Positions 44,035 through 53,560 are shown, numbered from the stretch's first letter. The stretch: 59,425 nucleotides of DNA from Patescibacteria group bacterium UBA1406 (GCA_002305675.1 DBQA01000006.1:189581-249005), one strand, 5' to 3'. Notes: generated from the letters alone by a model not told the origin. Program-made: numbers and translations.

Positions 44035-44679
44035 TTATTTACATATCCAAACTTTTATCCCGACGTAGCCGTTCCTCGTCAGCGAGGGAGTGGCTGCATA
44101 ATCGATGTCTTCCTTGATCGATGAGAGAGGAACCTTGCCCTGCTGATACTTTTCGTGCCTGGCGATATTCGCTCCCCTGATACGGCCACCGAGAGCGATC
44201 TTCACTCCCTTGGCCCCGCTTTCCATTACCCGGTTCATCACGTTGTGCACCAGGGAACGGTGGGGAAAATTTCTAGCGATCCTCTCCGACATGTATTCGG
44301 CAACATACTTGGCATTCAGGAACGGTTTCTTCACCTGCTCGACCTTGATCTCCAGCTTGAACTTGTCTTTGCTTTTCTTGTCTTTGATGTTCAGTATCCG
44401 CATCACCTTTTCCTTGACCTCCTCAAGTCCCTTACCGCCCCGGCCGATGATAATCCCCGGCCTGACCGCATGCAAGATAAGGTCCATACCCGAGATGCTT
44501 CTCTCTATTTCGACCTGTGTCAATCCGGCGGCCCGGAGGGACTTGAACAGTTCCCTTCTGATCCGGATATCCTGCAAAAGAGAGGTCCGGAAAAGCTTCC
44601 GGTCGTTGAAGAACCACCGGCTGTCCCAGGTCCTCAACACTCCCAATCTCAGTGCGTTCGCATTAACTTTATTTCCCAT
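44035..44679 (-). CDS. rpsC: 30S ribosomal protein S3
   Basis: 214 aa. MGNKVNANALRLG....W.S.WF, KH domain IIGRGGKG.EE. Confidence 0.97.
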   Translation of the reverse strand: MGNKVNANALRLGVLRTWDSRWFFNDRKLFRTSLLQDIRIRRELFKSLRAAGLTQVEIERSISGMDLILHAVRPGIIIGRGGKGLEEVKEKVMRILNIKDKKSKDKFKLEIKVEQVKKPFLNAKYVAEYMSERIARNFPHRSLVHNVMNRVMESGAKGVKIALGGRIRGANIARHEKYQQGKVPLSSIKEDIDYAATPSLTRNGYVGIKVWICK

Positions 44680-44995
44680 TTTCCAAAGTAATTTCTAAAT
44701 GCGCGGTCCTTTTTTCATATTTCTTCGCCATTCCGCGGCTCCCCGGCCTCCAGCGCTTGAAGGTGGGGCCCTGGTTCACTTCGATGTTCTTGATGACCAC
44801 ATCCTTCTGTTTGTCCTTGCCAAAAAGGGCCAGACCGCTTTTAATGGCCTTGGCCAGGAACTTGGCGCTTTTCCTGGCATGAACCCCGAGCACTCCCATG
44901 GCCTCTTCGGCCTTTCGGTGCTTGACTTCACCGACCATCATTCTCATCTTCTTCGGCGATATCCGCAAATATTTGACAGTGACTTTTTTTTCCAT
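44669..44995 (-). CDS. rplV: 50S ribosomal protein L22
   Basis: 108 aa from ATG 44995 (MEKKVTVKYLRISPKKMR...). The tracker start 45037 would overlap rpsS. Confidence 0.94.
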   Translation of the reverse strand: MEKKVTVKYLRISPKKMRMMVGEVKHRKAEEAMGVLGVHARKSAKFLAKAIKSGLALFGKDKQKDVVIKNIEVNQGPTFKRWRPGSRGMAKKYEKRTAHLEITLENGK

Positions 44996-44999
44996 GTTA

Positions 45000-45284
45000 T
45001 TATGTTTTGGCCGTGATCCTCTTGGTAATGCGGCCATGGCCCCGGAACGTCCGGGTTAGAGCGAACTCGCCCAAGCGATGGCCGACCATCGACTCAGTCA
45101 CGTAAACGTCAATGAACTTCTTGCCGTTGTAAACCATGAAACGGTGCCCGACAAATTCAGGCGGGATCTGTGATGCCCTCGCCCAGGTCTTAATGGCGTC
45201 GGATTTTTTAGTTTCCTTCTGCGTCATCACCTTTTGCAGCAGTTTCTGGTCAACGTATGGTCCCTTTTTCAGCGATCTCGCCAT
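45000..45284 (-). CDS. rpsS: 30S ribosomal protein S19
   Basis: 94 aa. [14 protein letters not shown]........IKTWAR.S.I.PEFVGH.F.VYNGK.F..V.V.E.MVGH.LGEFA.TR.F.GH. Confidence 0.97.
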   Translation of the reverse strand: MARSLKKGPYVDQKLLQKVMTQKETKKSDAIKTWARASQIPPEFVGHRFMVYNGKKFIDVYVTESMVGHRLGEFALTRTFRGHGRITKRITAKT

Positions 45285-45288
45285 GTTA

Positions 45289-46035
45289 TTATTTCCTTCT
45301 CTTAATTATTAACTTGTCGGACGGCTTTTTCTTTCTGGTCTTCAGACCGTGGGCCGGCTTACCCCAAGGAGTCTTGGGATGCATACCCTCGCCGCTCCTG
45401 CCTTCACCACCGCCGTGGGGATGAGCTCCCGGGTGCATGGCCACACCCCGAACATGGGGTTTCTTACCAAGCCAACGCCTTCTGCCCGCCTTACCAAGCA
45501 CCTGATGCTTCCTTTCCTCGTTGTCAAGCTGCCCAATAGTGGCGAGACTCTGCAAGTTTATCTTCCTGATCTCACCGGAAGGGAGTTTGACGTGAGCATA
45601 TTTTTCGTCCTTTCCAATTATAACACCGCTTGAGCCCGCGCTTCTGATGATTTGGCCGCCCTTTCCGGGGATAAGCTCCACGTTGTGGATGGGTACCCCG
45701 ACGGGAATGCCCGACAGGCGGAGCGTGTTACCGGTTTTGATGAACGCTTTCTCGCTCGTGATCACAGTGTCACCCACAGCAAGACCCTTGGGATGGAGGA
45801 TGTAGCGCAATTCCGAATCGGCATACTTGATGACGGCAATATTGGTGGAGCGGTTGGGATCGTATTCGATGGAGACCACTTTACCCTCCACCTCCCACTT
45901 GTCCCTTTTCCAGTCAATGATACGATACATCCTTTTATGCCTGCCGCCTCTTCCCCTCACAGATACCTGGCCGCTGTTGTCGCGAGCGGCTCTGTTTGGC
46001 AATAGCTCCTGTAGTCTTTTGATCCTTTTGACCAT
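45289..46035 (-). CDS. rplB: 50S ribosomal protein L2 (short N-terminus)
   Basis: 248 aa. [42 protein letters not shown]. About 25-30 residues shorter at the N-terminus than typical bacterial L2. Confidence 0.95.
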   Translation of the reverse strand: MVKRIKRLQELLPNRAARDNSGQVSVRGRGGRHKRMYRIIDWKRDKWEVEGKVVSIEYDPNRSTNIAVIKYADSELRYILHPKGLAVGDTVITSEKAFIKTGNTLRLSGIPVGVPIHNVELIPGKGGQIIRSAGSSGVIIGKDEKYAHVKLPSGEIRKINLQSLATIGQLDNEERKHQVLGKAGRRRWLGKKPHVRGVAMHPGAHPHGGGEGRSGEGMHPKTPWGKPAHGLKTRKKKPSDKLIIKRRK

Positions 46036-46046
46036 AATTTCTTTGT

Positions 46047-46325
46047 TTAACTCCTGGCTAACTCACTGATTTCACCTTTGTTGAGGGTGACATAAGCCTT
46101 CTTTCTATCAGGCATGTGCTTGGCTACCCTTTTTTTGCCGACAAACCTTTTCTTTCCCTTGGCTAACACGGTCCGGACGCTCTTCACTTCCACTTTGTAG
46201 AACTGCTCCACTGCCTGCTTGATGTCGCCTTTTTTAGCCTCTTTTTCAACCTCAAACACATAGGTCTTACCTGTCTGCATTGTTTTCTCCGTCACCAGCG
46301 GTTTCTTTATCACACTGGTTTTCAT
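46047..46325 (-). CDS. rplW: 50S ribosomal protein L23
   Basis: 92 aa. I.KPL.TEK.......Y.F.V...A.K..IK.AVE..Y.V.V..V.T. Confidence 0.94.
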   Translation of the reverse strand: MKTSVIKKPLVTEKTMQTGKTYVFEVEKEAKKGDIKQAVEQFYKVEVKSVRTVLAKGKKRFVGKKRVAKHMPDRKKAYVTLNKGEISELARS

Positions 46326-46978
46326 TTCGTCCGCCCCTTGAACAAATTGATAAATTCCTCCATCGCCTTTTCCATAAAATAGACCTGTCCGGCCTTCATT
46401 ACGTTATATGCGTTCAGGCCGTGGGGTTCGGTGACCTCCAACTGCCGGACGTTGACGAGCTGGCGTTTCTTATCGCTCTGGTGCGGGAAAACCACCACCG
46501 TGCGACCGGGCATTTCCGACCCGATGGCCTTGTGCAAAGCCGCAACGGCCTCCTTGGTCTTCTCCGTCTTTGACAGAAGCGTGTCGGCCAGGATCCCGAG
46601 CTTGTTGCCCTTGAGTTTCAGGCTCAAAGCATAGAAAAGCGACTTTCGCCTCATTTTCTTGGGCATGGCCAGTTTGGCTCCGTCAGCTTCGGGGCCATGG
46701 GCAATGCCTCCGCCGACAAATATCGGGGCCTTGATGTCTCCGTGCCTGGCGCGGCCTGTCCCTTTTTGCCGGTAGATCTTTCTGGTCGATCCCGTCACTT
46801 CGCTCCTGGTCTTGACGGTGCTCACATGCCTCTTCTGGTTTTCAAGGTAAACATGGACGTAATGGGCCAGGAGCTTGTCCGAGGCGGTCACGTTAAAGAT
46901 CTCACCCGGCAACTCCATGACCCTGTCGTCATCTTTTTTCCCGCTGATAATCTTGGCTGCCAATTTTGTCTTAGCCAT
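46322..46978 (-). CDS. rplD: 50S ribosomal protein L4
   Basis: 218 aa. ..TKTRSEV.GS.RK.YRQKGTGRARHG....P.FVGGG.AHGP. Confidence 0.96.
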   Translation of the reverse strand: MAKTKLAAKIISGKKDDDRVMELPGEIFNVTASDKLLAHYVHVYLENQKRHVSTVKTRSEVTGSTRKIYRQKGTGRARHGDIKAPIFVGGGIAHGPEADGAKLAMPKKMRRKSLFYALSLKLKGNKLGILADTLLSKTEKTKEAVAALHKAIGSEMPGRTVVVFPHQSDKKRQLVNVRQLEVTEPHGLNAYNVMKAGQVYFMEKAMEEFINLFKGRTK

Positions 46979-47654
46979 TGTTCGTCTTGACTAGTAATAC
47001 GCTGTTGACGCTGCCGGGAACCAGGCCTTTCAGGACAAGCTTGTCTTCGGCGGTCTCAACAACCCTCAACCCCTTGACGGTTATCGTGTCCTGTCCCATT
47101 CTGCCGGCCATTCTCTTACCTTTCCATACGCGGCCAGGGGTGGTGCCGGACCCGATGGAACCGGGAGCCCTTTCCCTGTCGGACTGGCCGTGCGTCTTGG
47201 GACCGCCTTTGAACCCGTGTCTCTTGACCACACCCTGAAAACCTTTACCTTTGGAAACGCCGGTCACTTCGACCACATCGTCCTTGTTAAAGACTTCCGA
47301 CGGCATGAGCCTCATCCCTACGGTATAGGTTTTGTCCCCTACCTTCAGGGCGGACTTACCGTCGGTATTCTCCACGCTTGGATGCAGGGATTCCTTGATA
47401 TAGACCTCTTTAAAAAAATTAAGCGGGTCTGTAATGCCCGCTTTTTTTGCCTGCCCAAGAACCGGTTTTTTGACGTTCTTGGCCTTTTTGGTCAGGGTGG
47501 CGATTTGAATTGCCCAATAGCCGTCCTGATCTTTGGTCCGCAAACCCGTCACATAACAAGGCCCCACGGAAAGTTCGGTGAGAACCTGTCTCATCTTTCT
47601 TTCGTTATAGCCCTGCGTTTGCCTGTTTTTTCTGCCTAGCAAAAAACCGATCAT
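46971..47654 (-). CDS. rplC: 50S ribosomal protein L3
   Basis: 227 aa. ..V.G.SKGKGFQGVVKRHGF.GGP..HG.S...R.PGSIG....PGRV.KGKRMAGRMG. Confidence 0.96.
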   Translation of the reverse strand: MIGFLLGRKNRQTQGYNERKMRQVLTELSVGPCYVTGLRTKDQDGYWAIQIATLTKKAKNVKKPVLGQAKKAGITDPLNFFKEVYIKESLHPSVENTDGKSALKVGDKTYTVGMRLMPSEVFNKDDVVEVTGVSKGKGFQGVVKRHGFKGGPKTHGQSDRERAPGSIGSGTTPGRVWKGKRMAGRMGQDTITVKGLRVVETAEDKLVLKGLVPGSVNSVLLVKTNNG

Positions 47655-47661
47655 TTTTTAC

Positions 47662-47688
47662 AAAAAAAAAGACCCAGATTGGTGGGTC
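47662..47688 (-). terminator. Intrinsic-terminator-like hairpin plus U9 run, 7 nt upstream of the rplC start (candidate attenuator)
   Basis: The minus strand reads GACCCA-ccaatc-TGGGTC followed by TTTTTTTTT (47670-47662), then GTAAAAA-ATG (rplC). Confidence 0.5.
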
Positions 47689-47727
47689 CTTTGAACTGCC
47701 AATCCGTGATTTTTCTCTAATTCAGCC

Positions 47728-47748
47728 CTGTTTTTTCCTCAAAAACAG
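47728..47748 (-). promoter_or_regulatory. Upstream leader hairpin in the rpsJ-rplC spacer
   Basis: 8-bp stem CTGTTTTT/AAAAACAG with a 5-nt loop. AT-rich and therefore weak. Confidence 0.3.
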
Positions 47749-47765
47749 CTTCATCTGTAACTGAG

Positions 47766-47794
47766 ATTATATTACATTTTTATCGCTACGTCAA
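47766..47794 (-). promoter_or_regulatory. Near-consensus sigma70-type promoter at the rpsJ 3' end, firing toward rplC
   Basis: Minus strand: TTGACG (47794-47789, inside the last rpsJ codons I-D-V), 17-nt spacer, TATAAT (47771-47766) immediately after the rpsJ TAA stop. Confidence 0.5.
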
Positions 47795-48080
47795 TCCCCG
47801 ACGGAATATCCAGATGCGTCAGGGCATCTATCGTCTGCAGGGTTGGGTTCACGATATCTATCAACCTCTTGTGCTCTTTGATCTCAAAGTGTTCGCGGCT
47901 GTTTTTGTCAATGAAGGGACCCTTATTGACCACGATCAGGCTCCGCTGGGTGGGTAATGGCACCGGGCCGATCACCGCCCCACCGGTCTTGATAGCCGTC
48001 TGCACGATCTTATCACAAGTGTCCTCTAGGACTTTGTGGTCGTAAGCCTTTAAACGAACCCTGATTTTTCCTGTTGGCAT
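47772..48080 (-). CDS. rpsJ: 30S ribosomal protein S10
   Basis: 102 aa. KIRVRLKAYDHK.L......IV..A...GA...GP.PLPT......V...P...K.SREHFE...HKRLIDI. Confidence 0.97.
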   Translation of the reverse strand: MPTGKIRVRLKAYDHKVLEDTCDKIVQTAIKTGGAVIGPVPLPTQRSLIVVNKGPFIDKNSREHFEIKEHKRLIDIVNPTLQTIDALTHLDIPSGIDVAIKM

Positions 48081-48096
48081 GTCAAATAACTAATTT

Positions 48097-48140
48097 GCAA
48101 AGGAAATTGGGACCCCGAAAAGGTGGTCCCAATTCCTTGC
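48097..48140 (-). promoter_or_regulatory. Long imperfect hairpin between the tuf stop and the rpsJ start
   Basis: Arms 48097-48114 and 48125-48140 form 8+4+4 bp with two single-A bulges around a ~10-nt loop. No clean U-run follows. rpsJ ATG lies 16 nt downstream. Confidence 0.5.
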
Positions 48141-48158
48141 GGCTAATCTTAATTAACT

Positions 48159-49343
48159 TTATTCCAAAATCTTGGTGATGACACCTGCCCCGACCGTCTT
48201 TCCGCCTTCGCGGATGGCGAACCTGGAGCCCTGTTCCACCGCGACGGGGTAGATCAGCTCGGCGGTGACGTTGACGTCGTCTCCGGGGGAGACCATTTCA
48301 ACACCGCTTGGCAGCTTTACCTCACCGGTGACATCGGCCGTCCTGATAAAGAACTGCGGCCTGTACCCATTGAAGAACGGGGTGTGCCGACCGCCCTCTT
48401 CCTTGGTCAGAACGTACATCTGGGCCTCAAATTTTTTGTGAGGCTTGATGGAACCGGGTTTGGCGATCACCTGACCCCTGATAACGTCCTTTTTCTCTAT
48501 GCCCCTGAGCAAGAGACCGACGTTGTCTCCGGCAATGGTCTCATTCATGCTCTTGCGGAACATCTCGATACCGGTGACGACCGTCTTCGTGGTCGGTTTG
48601 ATCCCGACAAGCTCGATCTCTTCATTGACCGTCATTTTGCCTCTTTCGACCCTTCCGGTCACAACGGTACCTCTACCCTTGATGGAGAAAACATCCTCCA
48701 CCGGCATCAGGTAGGGCTTATCGACGTCCCTGACGGGCTCGGGAATATAGCTGTCGACCGCATTCATCAGTTCCTCAATGGCCTTGACTGCGTCGGCATC
48801 CCCTTCAACCGCCTTCAGGGCGCTGCCCTTAATGACGGGGACCTCGTCTCCAGGATACTCGTATTTCTTCAAAAGATCCCTGACCTCCATCTCCACGAGC
48901 TCCAGAAGTTCCGGGTCCTGGACCATGTCCACTTTGTTCAGGAATACCACGATGGCCGGAACGTTGACCTGGTGGGCAAGAAGGATATGCTCTCTGGTCT
49001 GAGGCATGGGACCGTCGGGAGCGGAAACCACCAGAATGGCACCGTCCATCTGGGCGGCACCGGTGATCATGTTCTTGATGTAATCCGCATGTCCGGGAGC
49101 ATCAATGTGGGCATAATGCCTCTTCTCGGTCTCGTACTCGGCGTGATGGACGTTGATGGTCACGCCCCTGGCTTTCTCTTCAGGAGCCTTATCTATCTGA
49201 TCATAAGAAAGGGCTTGTGCCAGTCCCTTCTTGGCTAGAACGTTGGTAATAGCGGAAGTAAGGGTACTTTTGCCATGGTCAACATGACCGATAGTACCAA
49301 TATTCACGTGGGGTTTGGTTCTTTGATAAACACCAGTCGCCAT
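48159..49343 (-). CDS. tuf: Elongation factor Tu
   Basis: 394 aa. [28 protein letters not shown]. Full-length canonical EF-Tu. Confidence 0.99.
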   Translation of the reverse strand: MATGVYQRTKPHVNIGTIGHVDHGKSTLTSAITNVLAKKGLAQALSYDQIDKAPEEKARGVTINVHHAEYETEKRHYAHIDAPGHADYIKNMITGAAQMDGAILVVSAPDGPMPQTREHILLAHQVNVPAIVVFLNKVDMVQDPELLELVEMEVRDLLKKYEYPGDEVPVIKGSALKAVEGDADAVKAIEELMNAVDSYIPEPVRDVDKPYLMPVEDVFSIKGRGTVVTGRVERGKMTVNEEIELVGIKPTTKTVVTGIEMFRKSMNETIAGDNVGLLLRGIEKKDVIRGQVIAKPGSIKPHKKFEAQMYVLTKEEGGRHTPFFNGYRPQFFIRTADVTGEVKLPSGVEMVSPGDDVNVTAELIYPVAVEQGSRFAIREGGKTVGAGVITKILE

Positions 49344-49428
49344 ATTGTTTAATGTTTTAATAACTTTTAACTTTTAAATGCAAGGGCCTTCTTTTTTCAA
49401 CACGAGATTATCGGCTGAAAATATTTGC

Positions 49429-49457
49429 ATTATACAGACAGGGCTTTTTTTTTGCAA
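49429..49457 (-). promoter_or_regulatory. Near-consensus sigma70-type promoter of tuf
   Basis: Minus strand: TTGCAA (49457-49452), 17-nt spacer, TATAAT (49434-49429). This predicts a ~79-nt leader with no obvious SD before ATG 49343. Confidence 0.6.
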
Positions 49458-49469
49458 GTGGTTTGTTGC

Positions 49470-50348
49470 CTATTCCTCTATCCCTTCTTCCTCCTCCACT
49501 ATTCTAACGTAATCCGCATACACCCAGCCTGTTTTGTCTTCCTCGAATTCTATCTCATACCAACGGTTGCTTTCGGTCACGTACACGTATCTCTCGCCCG
49601 GGTTGACCCGGCCCGATTCCGACGCTCCCAGGCTGGGTTCGGAGCGTACTCTCAGCCAGCCGGTCGGCGTGTCCAGGATGAGGACATATCTTGTATTTTC
49701 CTCCTCCTTCTTGGCGACCGGTTTTTTCTTGCTCTCCTGCTTCTTGGCCTGATACTCTTCGTCGATCTTCAGTTTGAAATTGGCCAGGAGCTTGAAACCC
49801 TCCACGATATTGACCTTGATGCTTCTTGGTATCATGCCCTCGCCCCTGACCGATAGTTCGTGCTCGCCGCCGTTGACATTGTCCATGAAAAGAGGTGACA
49901 CCCCTCTTTCTTCACCGTCCAGCGACACGAACATCCCCATCGGTTCCGTACTGACCAGTATCTGCCCTTTCTCTCCATTGCCTTTCTCCAAGGACAGGAT
50001 ATCGCCGGCCGATTTCAGGTCAGTTTCCCCAAGTTCGCGGTTTATATAAGTGGTTGAGGCTTTAAATATCTTCACCTTCCCGGTCCAGGAGATCAGGCTT
50101 TCCCCAGACCCCCGGGGAACAAGCTTGACGTCGTGCACCCCTGCCTTCAGGCTCAACTGCAGGGGCGTCTGGCCATAGAGGGTATTGTCCACAAAAACGT
50201 TCGTCTTGGGCACACTGTCCACCCTCAAAGTGCCGTTCTCGGCGATAAGGTTCGATAGGAATTTGTCCGGGGTAATAAACTGTACCACAATGAAGACGAC
50301 AATGAACAGAAGCGCCGCAGTAAGTATGGTCCTGAATTTTGCCCCCAT
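49470..50348 (-). CDS. Membrane-anchored PEGA-repeat protein with C-terminal SH3b-like domain
   Basis: 292 aa. N-terminal TM, two PEGA-type repeats (VDSVP.TNVFVDNTLYGQTPL.L.L.AGVHDVKL; ..EPMGMFVSLDGEERGVSPL) and a C-terminal GWLRVRSEPS...YEIEFEEDKTGWVYADYV. Confidence 0.8.
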   Translation of the reverse strand: MGAKFRTILTAALLFIVVFIVVQFITPDKFLSNLIAENGTLRVDSVPKTNVFVDNTLYGQTPLQLSLKAGVHDVKLVPRGSGESLISWTGKVKIFKASTTYINRELGETDLKSAGDILSLEKGNGEKGQILVSTEPMGMFVSLDGEERGVSPLFMDNVNGGEHELSVRGEGMIPRSIKVNIVEGFKLLANFKLKIDEEYQAKKQESKKKPVAKKEEENTRYVLILDTPTGWLRVRSEPSLGASESGRVNPGERYVYVTESNRWYEIEFEEDKTGWVYADYVRIVEEEEGIEE

Positions 50349-50360
50349 AAGAACAGTATA

Positions 50361-51443
50361 TTATATTATCGACTCGGTCAGCTGCCGCTTCAGGTATTTG
50401 GCAAAATTGAAGCTGCCGATGACCATCCCGCTCAGGATGAAGGTGAAAAGGAACAGAGCGAACATCTTCTTTTCCGAGTTCATCCACAGGGAGAAAAAGC
50501 CCACTATCAATGACACTAGCCAATAGAAGACGGCAATCCGCCGCCTGCTCCAGCCCATGTCCAGGAGTGAATGGTGGAAATGCCGCCTGTCGGCCCTGAA
50601 CGGCGACTCTTTCCTCAACACCCGGCGGAAAAACACCAGAACCGCGTCCGTCATCGGCAAAGCAAGGACAAGCATCAGCGTTCCAAGCTTTCCCCACGAA
50701 AGAATGGCCAGGACAGCCAGCATATAACCGGCCAGTGACCCGGCGGCATAACCGGGCAGGATACGTTGCGGATAGAAATTCCAGGGTAAAAATCCCAAGA
50801 AGGCAAAGGCGGTCACAAAACTCATCAGAGTGACGATCTCCGTGGATATATCGTGCCGGGTGAATCTCAGGGATAGAATCCCCAAAAACAGGGCAGCCAC
50901 CGCCACGAAACCCGGCAACTGTCCGTCCACCCCTTTGCTCCAGTTGACCATGTTCATGCACCAGACTATCCACAGGATGGCGGCCAGGTCTGCCACCCAA
51001 AGTATCCTAAGCTCGTTCCCGAAAAGACTGAAGTTCAGAACCCACTGGTCCAGGTGCAGCACTGTGTCAAAAGGGTTCGTAATGAACGGTATCCCTATCC
51101 CACCGACCACGGCGATCAGGGCGGCCGCGATATTGAGCCCGAACCTCAGATATGGGGAAAGGTCGTATTTATCGTCAAGAAGCCCGACCACAGTCGTCAG
51201 TGTCGCACCCAGCAGGATGAAGAAAACGATCTTGTTAGTGATAAAGGGCAGAAGGGGCAGCATTATCCCCAGATAAAGGGGAAACCCTCCTCCCCTCGGA
51301 AGAACCCCCAGATGGGTATGGGCTGGATGCTTGCGCTTGTCCGGGTCCGTGACCAGATTATACCTTTGGGCCAGCCTGATGGTCAGGGGCGTGGCCGTTA
51401 GGGCTATCAGGAACGCCAGAATACTTCTAATTATCATCTGCAT
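50361..51443 (-). CDS. Polyprenyl-phosphate N-acetylhexosamine-1-phosphate transferase (MraY/WecA/TagO family)
   Basis: 360 aa from ATG 51443 (MQMIIRSILAF...). The stop of the upstream gene and this ATG share 1 nt (TGATG). Family motifs: GLLDDKYDLSPYLR, NMVNW.DG.DGL, polytopic. Confidence 0.85.
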   Translation of the reverse strand: MQMIIRSILAFLIALTATPLTIRLAQRYNLVTDPDKRKHPAHTHLGVLPRGGGFPLYLGIMLPLLPFITNKIVFFILLGATLTTVVGLLDDKYDLSPYLRFGLNIAAALIAVVGGIGIPFITNPFDTVLHLDQWVLNFSLFGNELRILWVADLAAILWIVWCMNMVNWSKGVDGQLPGFVAVAALFLGILSLRFTRHDISTEIVTLMSFVTAFAFLGFLPWNFYPQRILPGYAAGSLAGYMLAVLAILSWGKLGTLMLVLALPMTDAVLVFFRRVLRKESPFRADRRHFHHSLLDMGWSRRRIAVFYWLVSLIVGFFSLWMNSEKKMFALFLFTFILSGMVIGSFNFAKYLKRQLTESII

Positions 51444-51766
51444 CAGATAACCAGCAATATAATCTTCAGGAAAATGAAATAGGCAAAAACCGCTATCGCC
51501 ACCAGGGATTTCCTGATCAGATCCTTCATGGTCGAGTTTTCCAGGCTCAGCCGGACCAGCCATTTCTCGCCAATATAGAAAAAGGCATAGACCAGGGCCG
51601 GCAGGATCAGGAGCTCATATTTACCGGCCAGCTTATCCTGCCTTAGGGCAAATGAATAATACAAAGGAAGCTCTTCCGGCAGCCACAGCCAGCTCAATAG
51701 GAATGTCGCCAGAAACAGCACCAGCCAGACCTTTTTGTTATAGAGAAAGGTAAACCGCTCTTTCAT
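51443..51766 (-). CDS. Small membrane protein (3 TM), function unknown
   Basis: 107 aa, hydrophobic. Coupled to the downstream transferase gene. Confidence 0.6.
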   Translation of the reverse strand: MKERFTFLYNKKVWLVLFLATFLLSWLWLPEELPLYYSFALRQDKLAGKYELLILPALVYAFFYIGEKWLVRLSLENSTMKDLIRKSLVAIAVFAYFIFLKIILLVI

Positions 51767-51773
51767 CTTCGCT

Positions 51774-53258
51774 CTAAATCTTTTTGGTGACCTTGTAATT
51801 CAGTTTTTTGCCTAACATCAGCCTGGTATGGGACTCGAGAGCCGGCAAAGACGACAGGAAGGCGGAGATGACGGGGGAAAAGATGGGAAAAAGGATCCAT
51901 TGGATGACAAAAATCGGGAACCGTTTGGTCTCCGACTTCTTAAGCAGCTTGTGCTTGGCCTGGAAATCAAGATAGGCTATGACCAAAACAAAGCCGGCCG
52001 TGAAGGTCAGGATGCCCCCGGCAATCCTCGGCAACAGGTATCCCATCACCGTCCGCTTGAAGTACGGGTTGATCAGGGCGGGAATATTGGCTCCCAAGGT
52101 CAGGATAAAGAAGCTTGTCGGCCACAGAAAATGTGATTCCATCACCCCAAGGATACGGAAGAATTTGTCGGAGAAGGATATATGCCGGGCTTTGATGAAC
52201 TGCTCCAGGGCATAAGGAATGTCAGAGACACCCCAGGCCCAGCGCTTCTCCTGCTCGTACCGGCTCTTGAACGATTCGAAAAGCGTCCTGCCCCGCACCC
52301 CGTCGCGGGTGTTGATCAGGTAGATGGGCAAGGTCTTGACCTTTGCCCCGTGCTTGAAGAAGGCCTGCAGAAAAATATGCCAGTCCTCCGGGATAATATC
52401 GACGTCCCAATAGTCGACCGATTCCAAAAGCCAAAGGCTCATGCTATAGACGGATATCTGGATAAAGTTATGCTTCTCGGACAGGAAAGCGAGTCTTAAG
52501 ATCGAGGACACGGTGGTCTGGATGCGGATGAACAGATTCAGGTGCCAGTAGTTGTTGTATAGGAGGACGGGGGCGGAATAGAAATGGTAGATGTTATCCG
52601 TGTCCAAGAGATAGGCCGTGGTCAGATAGGCAAAGTACTGCTCGTCGACCAGAGTGTCGGCATCGCAGGAGGTGACGATGATGTCTTTGGGGTCCAGTCC
52701 CTGCTTTCTGATCCGCCTGCTTATCTCCCTGGCGGCAAAGGCTTCGTTACTGGCCTTGCCTTTTTCTTCGTTGGGCAAAAGCGTGTGATAGGTGGCGAAA
52801 AAACCGCCGAACTTCGGGCCGTACTTCATGTTCAGGGATGCCGCCCTTTTCTTGGCTGCCTGCCCCTCCCCTTGTTCCATCGCCATCACAATATGGATAT
52901 TCTCCAGGGGATAGTTCTGCTTTGTCAGATAGGCCAGGGTCCGACCAACCTTTGCTTCGTTCTCCTTGTAGTTCGGGATGATGATGTAATGCCTTATCCT
53001 GCCAAACCCCGGAATGGCGCTGCCCTTTTTCAGCCAGTCGACCTTTTTCGACCGGCTGATATTGATATAGGAGACGGTTGCCATAATGACCGTCCGGAAA
53101 GTCTTATAGAAAAAGTAGACATCAAAGATGATGATGAAATAAGCGACGACCGCCGGATGGAAAGGTGACAGCCAAACTGGCATGGTAATGGTCGCCCACG
53201 TCATCAGGGGGATGGCCACTTCAAATACCCGACGTGACAGGAAACGAGTAATATTCAT
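51774..53258 (-). CDS. Membrane-embedded GT2 glycosyltransferase, processive-synthase-like
   Basis: 494 aa from ATG 53258. N-terminal TMs, IIIPNYKENE..TSCDADT..QEKRWAWG (Q/E-x-x-R-W) and C-terminal TMs. Confidence 0.8.
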   Translation of the reverse strand: MNITRFLSRRVFEVAIPLMTWATITMPVWLSPFHPAVVAYFIIIFDVYFFYKTFRTVIMATVSYINISRSKKVDWLKKGSAIPGFGRIRHYIIIPNYKENEAKVGRTLAYLTKQNYPLENIHIVMAMEQGEGQAAKKRAASLNMKYGPKFGGFFATYHTLLPNEEKGKASNEAFAAREISRRIRKQGLDPKDIIVTSCDADTLVDEQYFAYLTTAYLLDTDNIYHFYSAPVLLYNNYWHLNLFIRIQTTVSSILRLAFLSEKHNFIQISVYSMSLWLLESVDYWDVDIIPEDWHIFLQAFFKHGAKVKTLPIYLINTRDGVRGRTLFESFKSRYEQEKRWAWGVSDIPYALEQFIKARHISFSDKFFRILGVMESHFLWPTSFFILTLGANIPALINPYFKRTVMGYLLPRIAGGILTFTAGFVLVIAYLDFQAKHKLLKKSETKRFPIFVIQWILFPIFSPVISAFLSSLPALESHTRLMLGKKLNYKVTKKI

Positions 53259-53263
53259 GTTCT

Positions 53264-53560
53264 TTATTTTATCAAAAAGCCGGTTTCGGCTAGACCGACC
53301 ATTACCGCAGCATACAACAGGAATTCCCAACCGAATACCTTCTGCCAGAAAAGGTAAAGGATATAAACGACCAGAAGAGGCAGATATAGTTTGAGCGCCC
53401 GGCCCAAAGTTCCGCCGATTTTCACGAAGCTGAAGACGAGATGCAGGAGAAGACCCGTGAAGACGAGAAAAGTAAGTATCACGTAGGGATTTCCCGGAGG
53501 AATAAGAAATACGAGCGCCAGTATGGCGGCGGCTGTCAAAGCGGTACCCAATAGCTTCAT
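53264..53560 (-). CDS. Small membrane protein (3 TM), function unknown
   Basis: 98 aa, hydrophobic. 4-nt overlap with the upstream ORF. Confidence 0.55.
   Translation of the reverse strand: MKLLGTALTAAAILALVFLIPPGNPYVILTFLVFTGLLLHLVFSFVKIGGTLGRALKLYLPLLVVYILYLFWQKVFGWEFLLYAAVMVGLAETGFLIK

Noticed and set aside
50062-51000. 312-aa ORF on the minus strand
   Set aside because: It lies in an alternative frame inside the MraY/WecA-family gene (50361-51443). The translation is Arg/Gly/Pro-rich low-complexity sequence typical of an out-of-frame reading of a GC-balanced membrane gene, whereas the other frame has clear family motifs.
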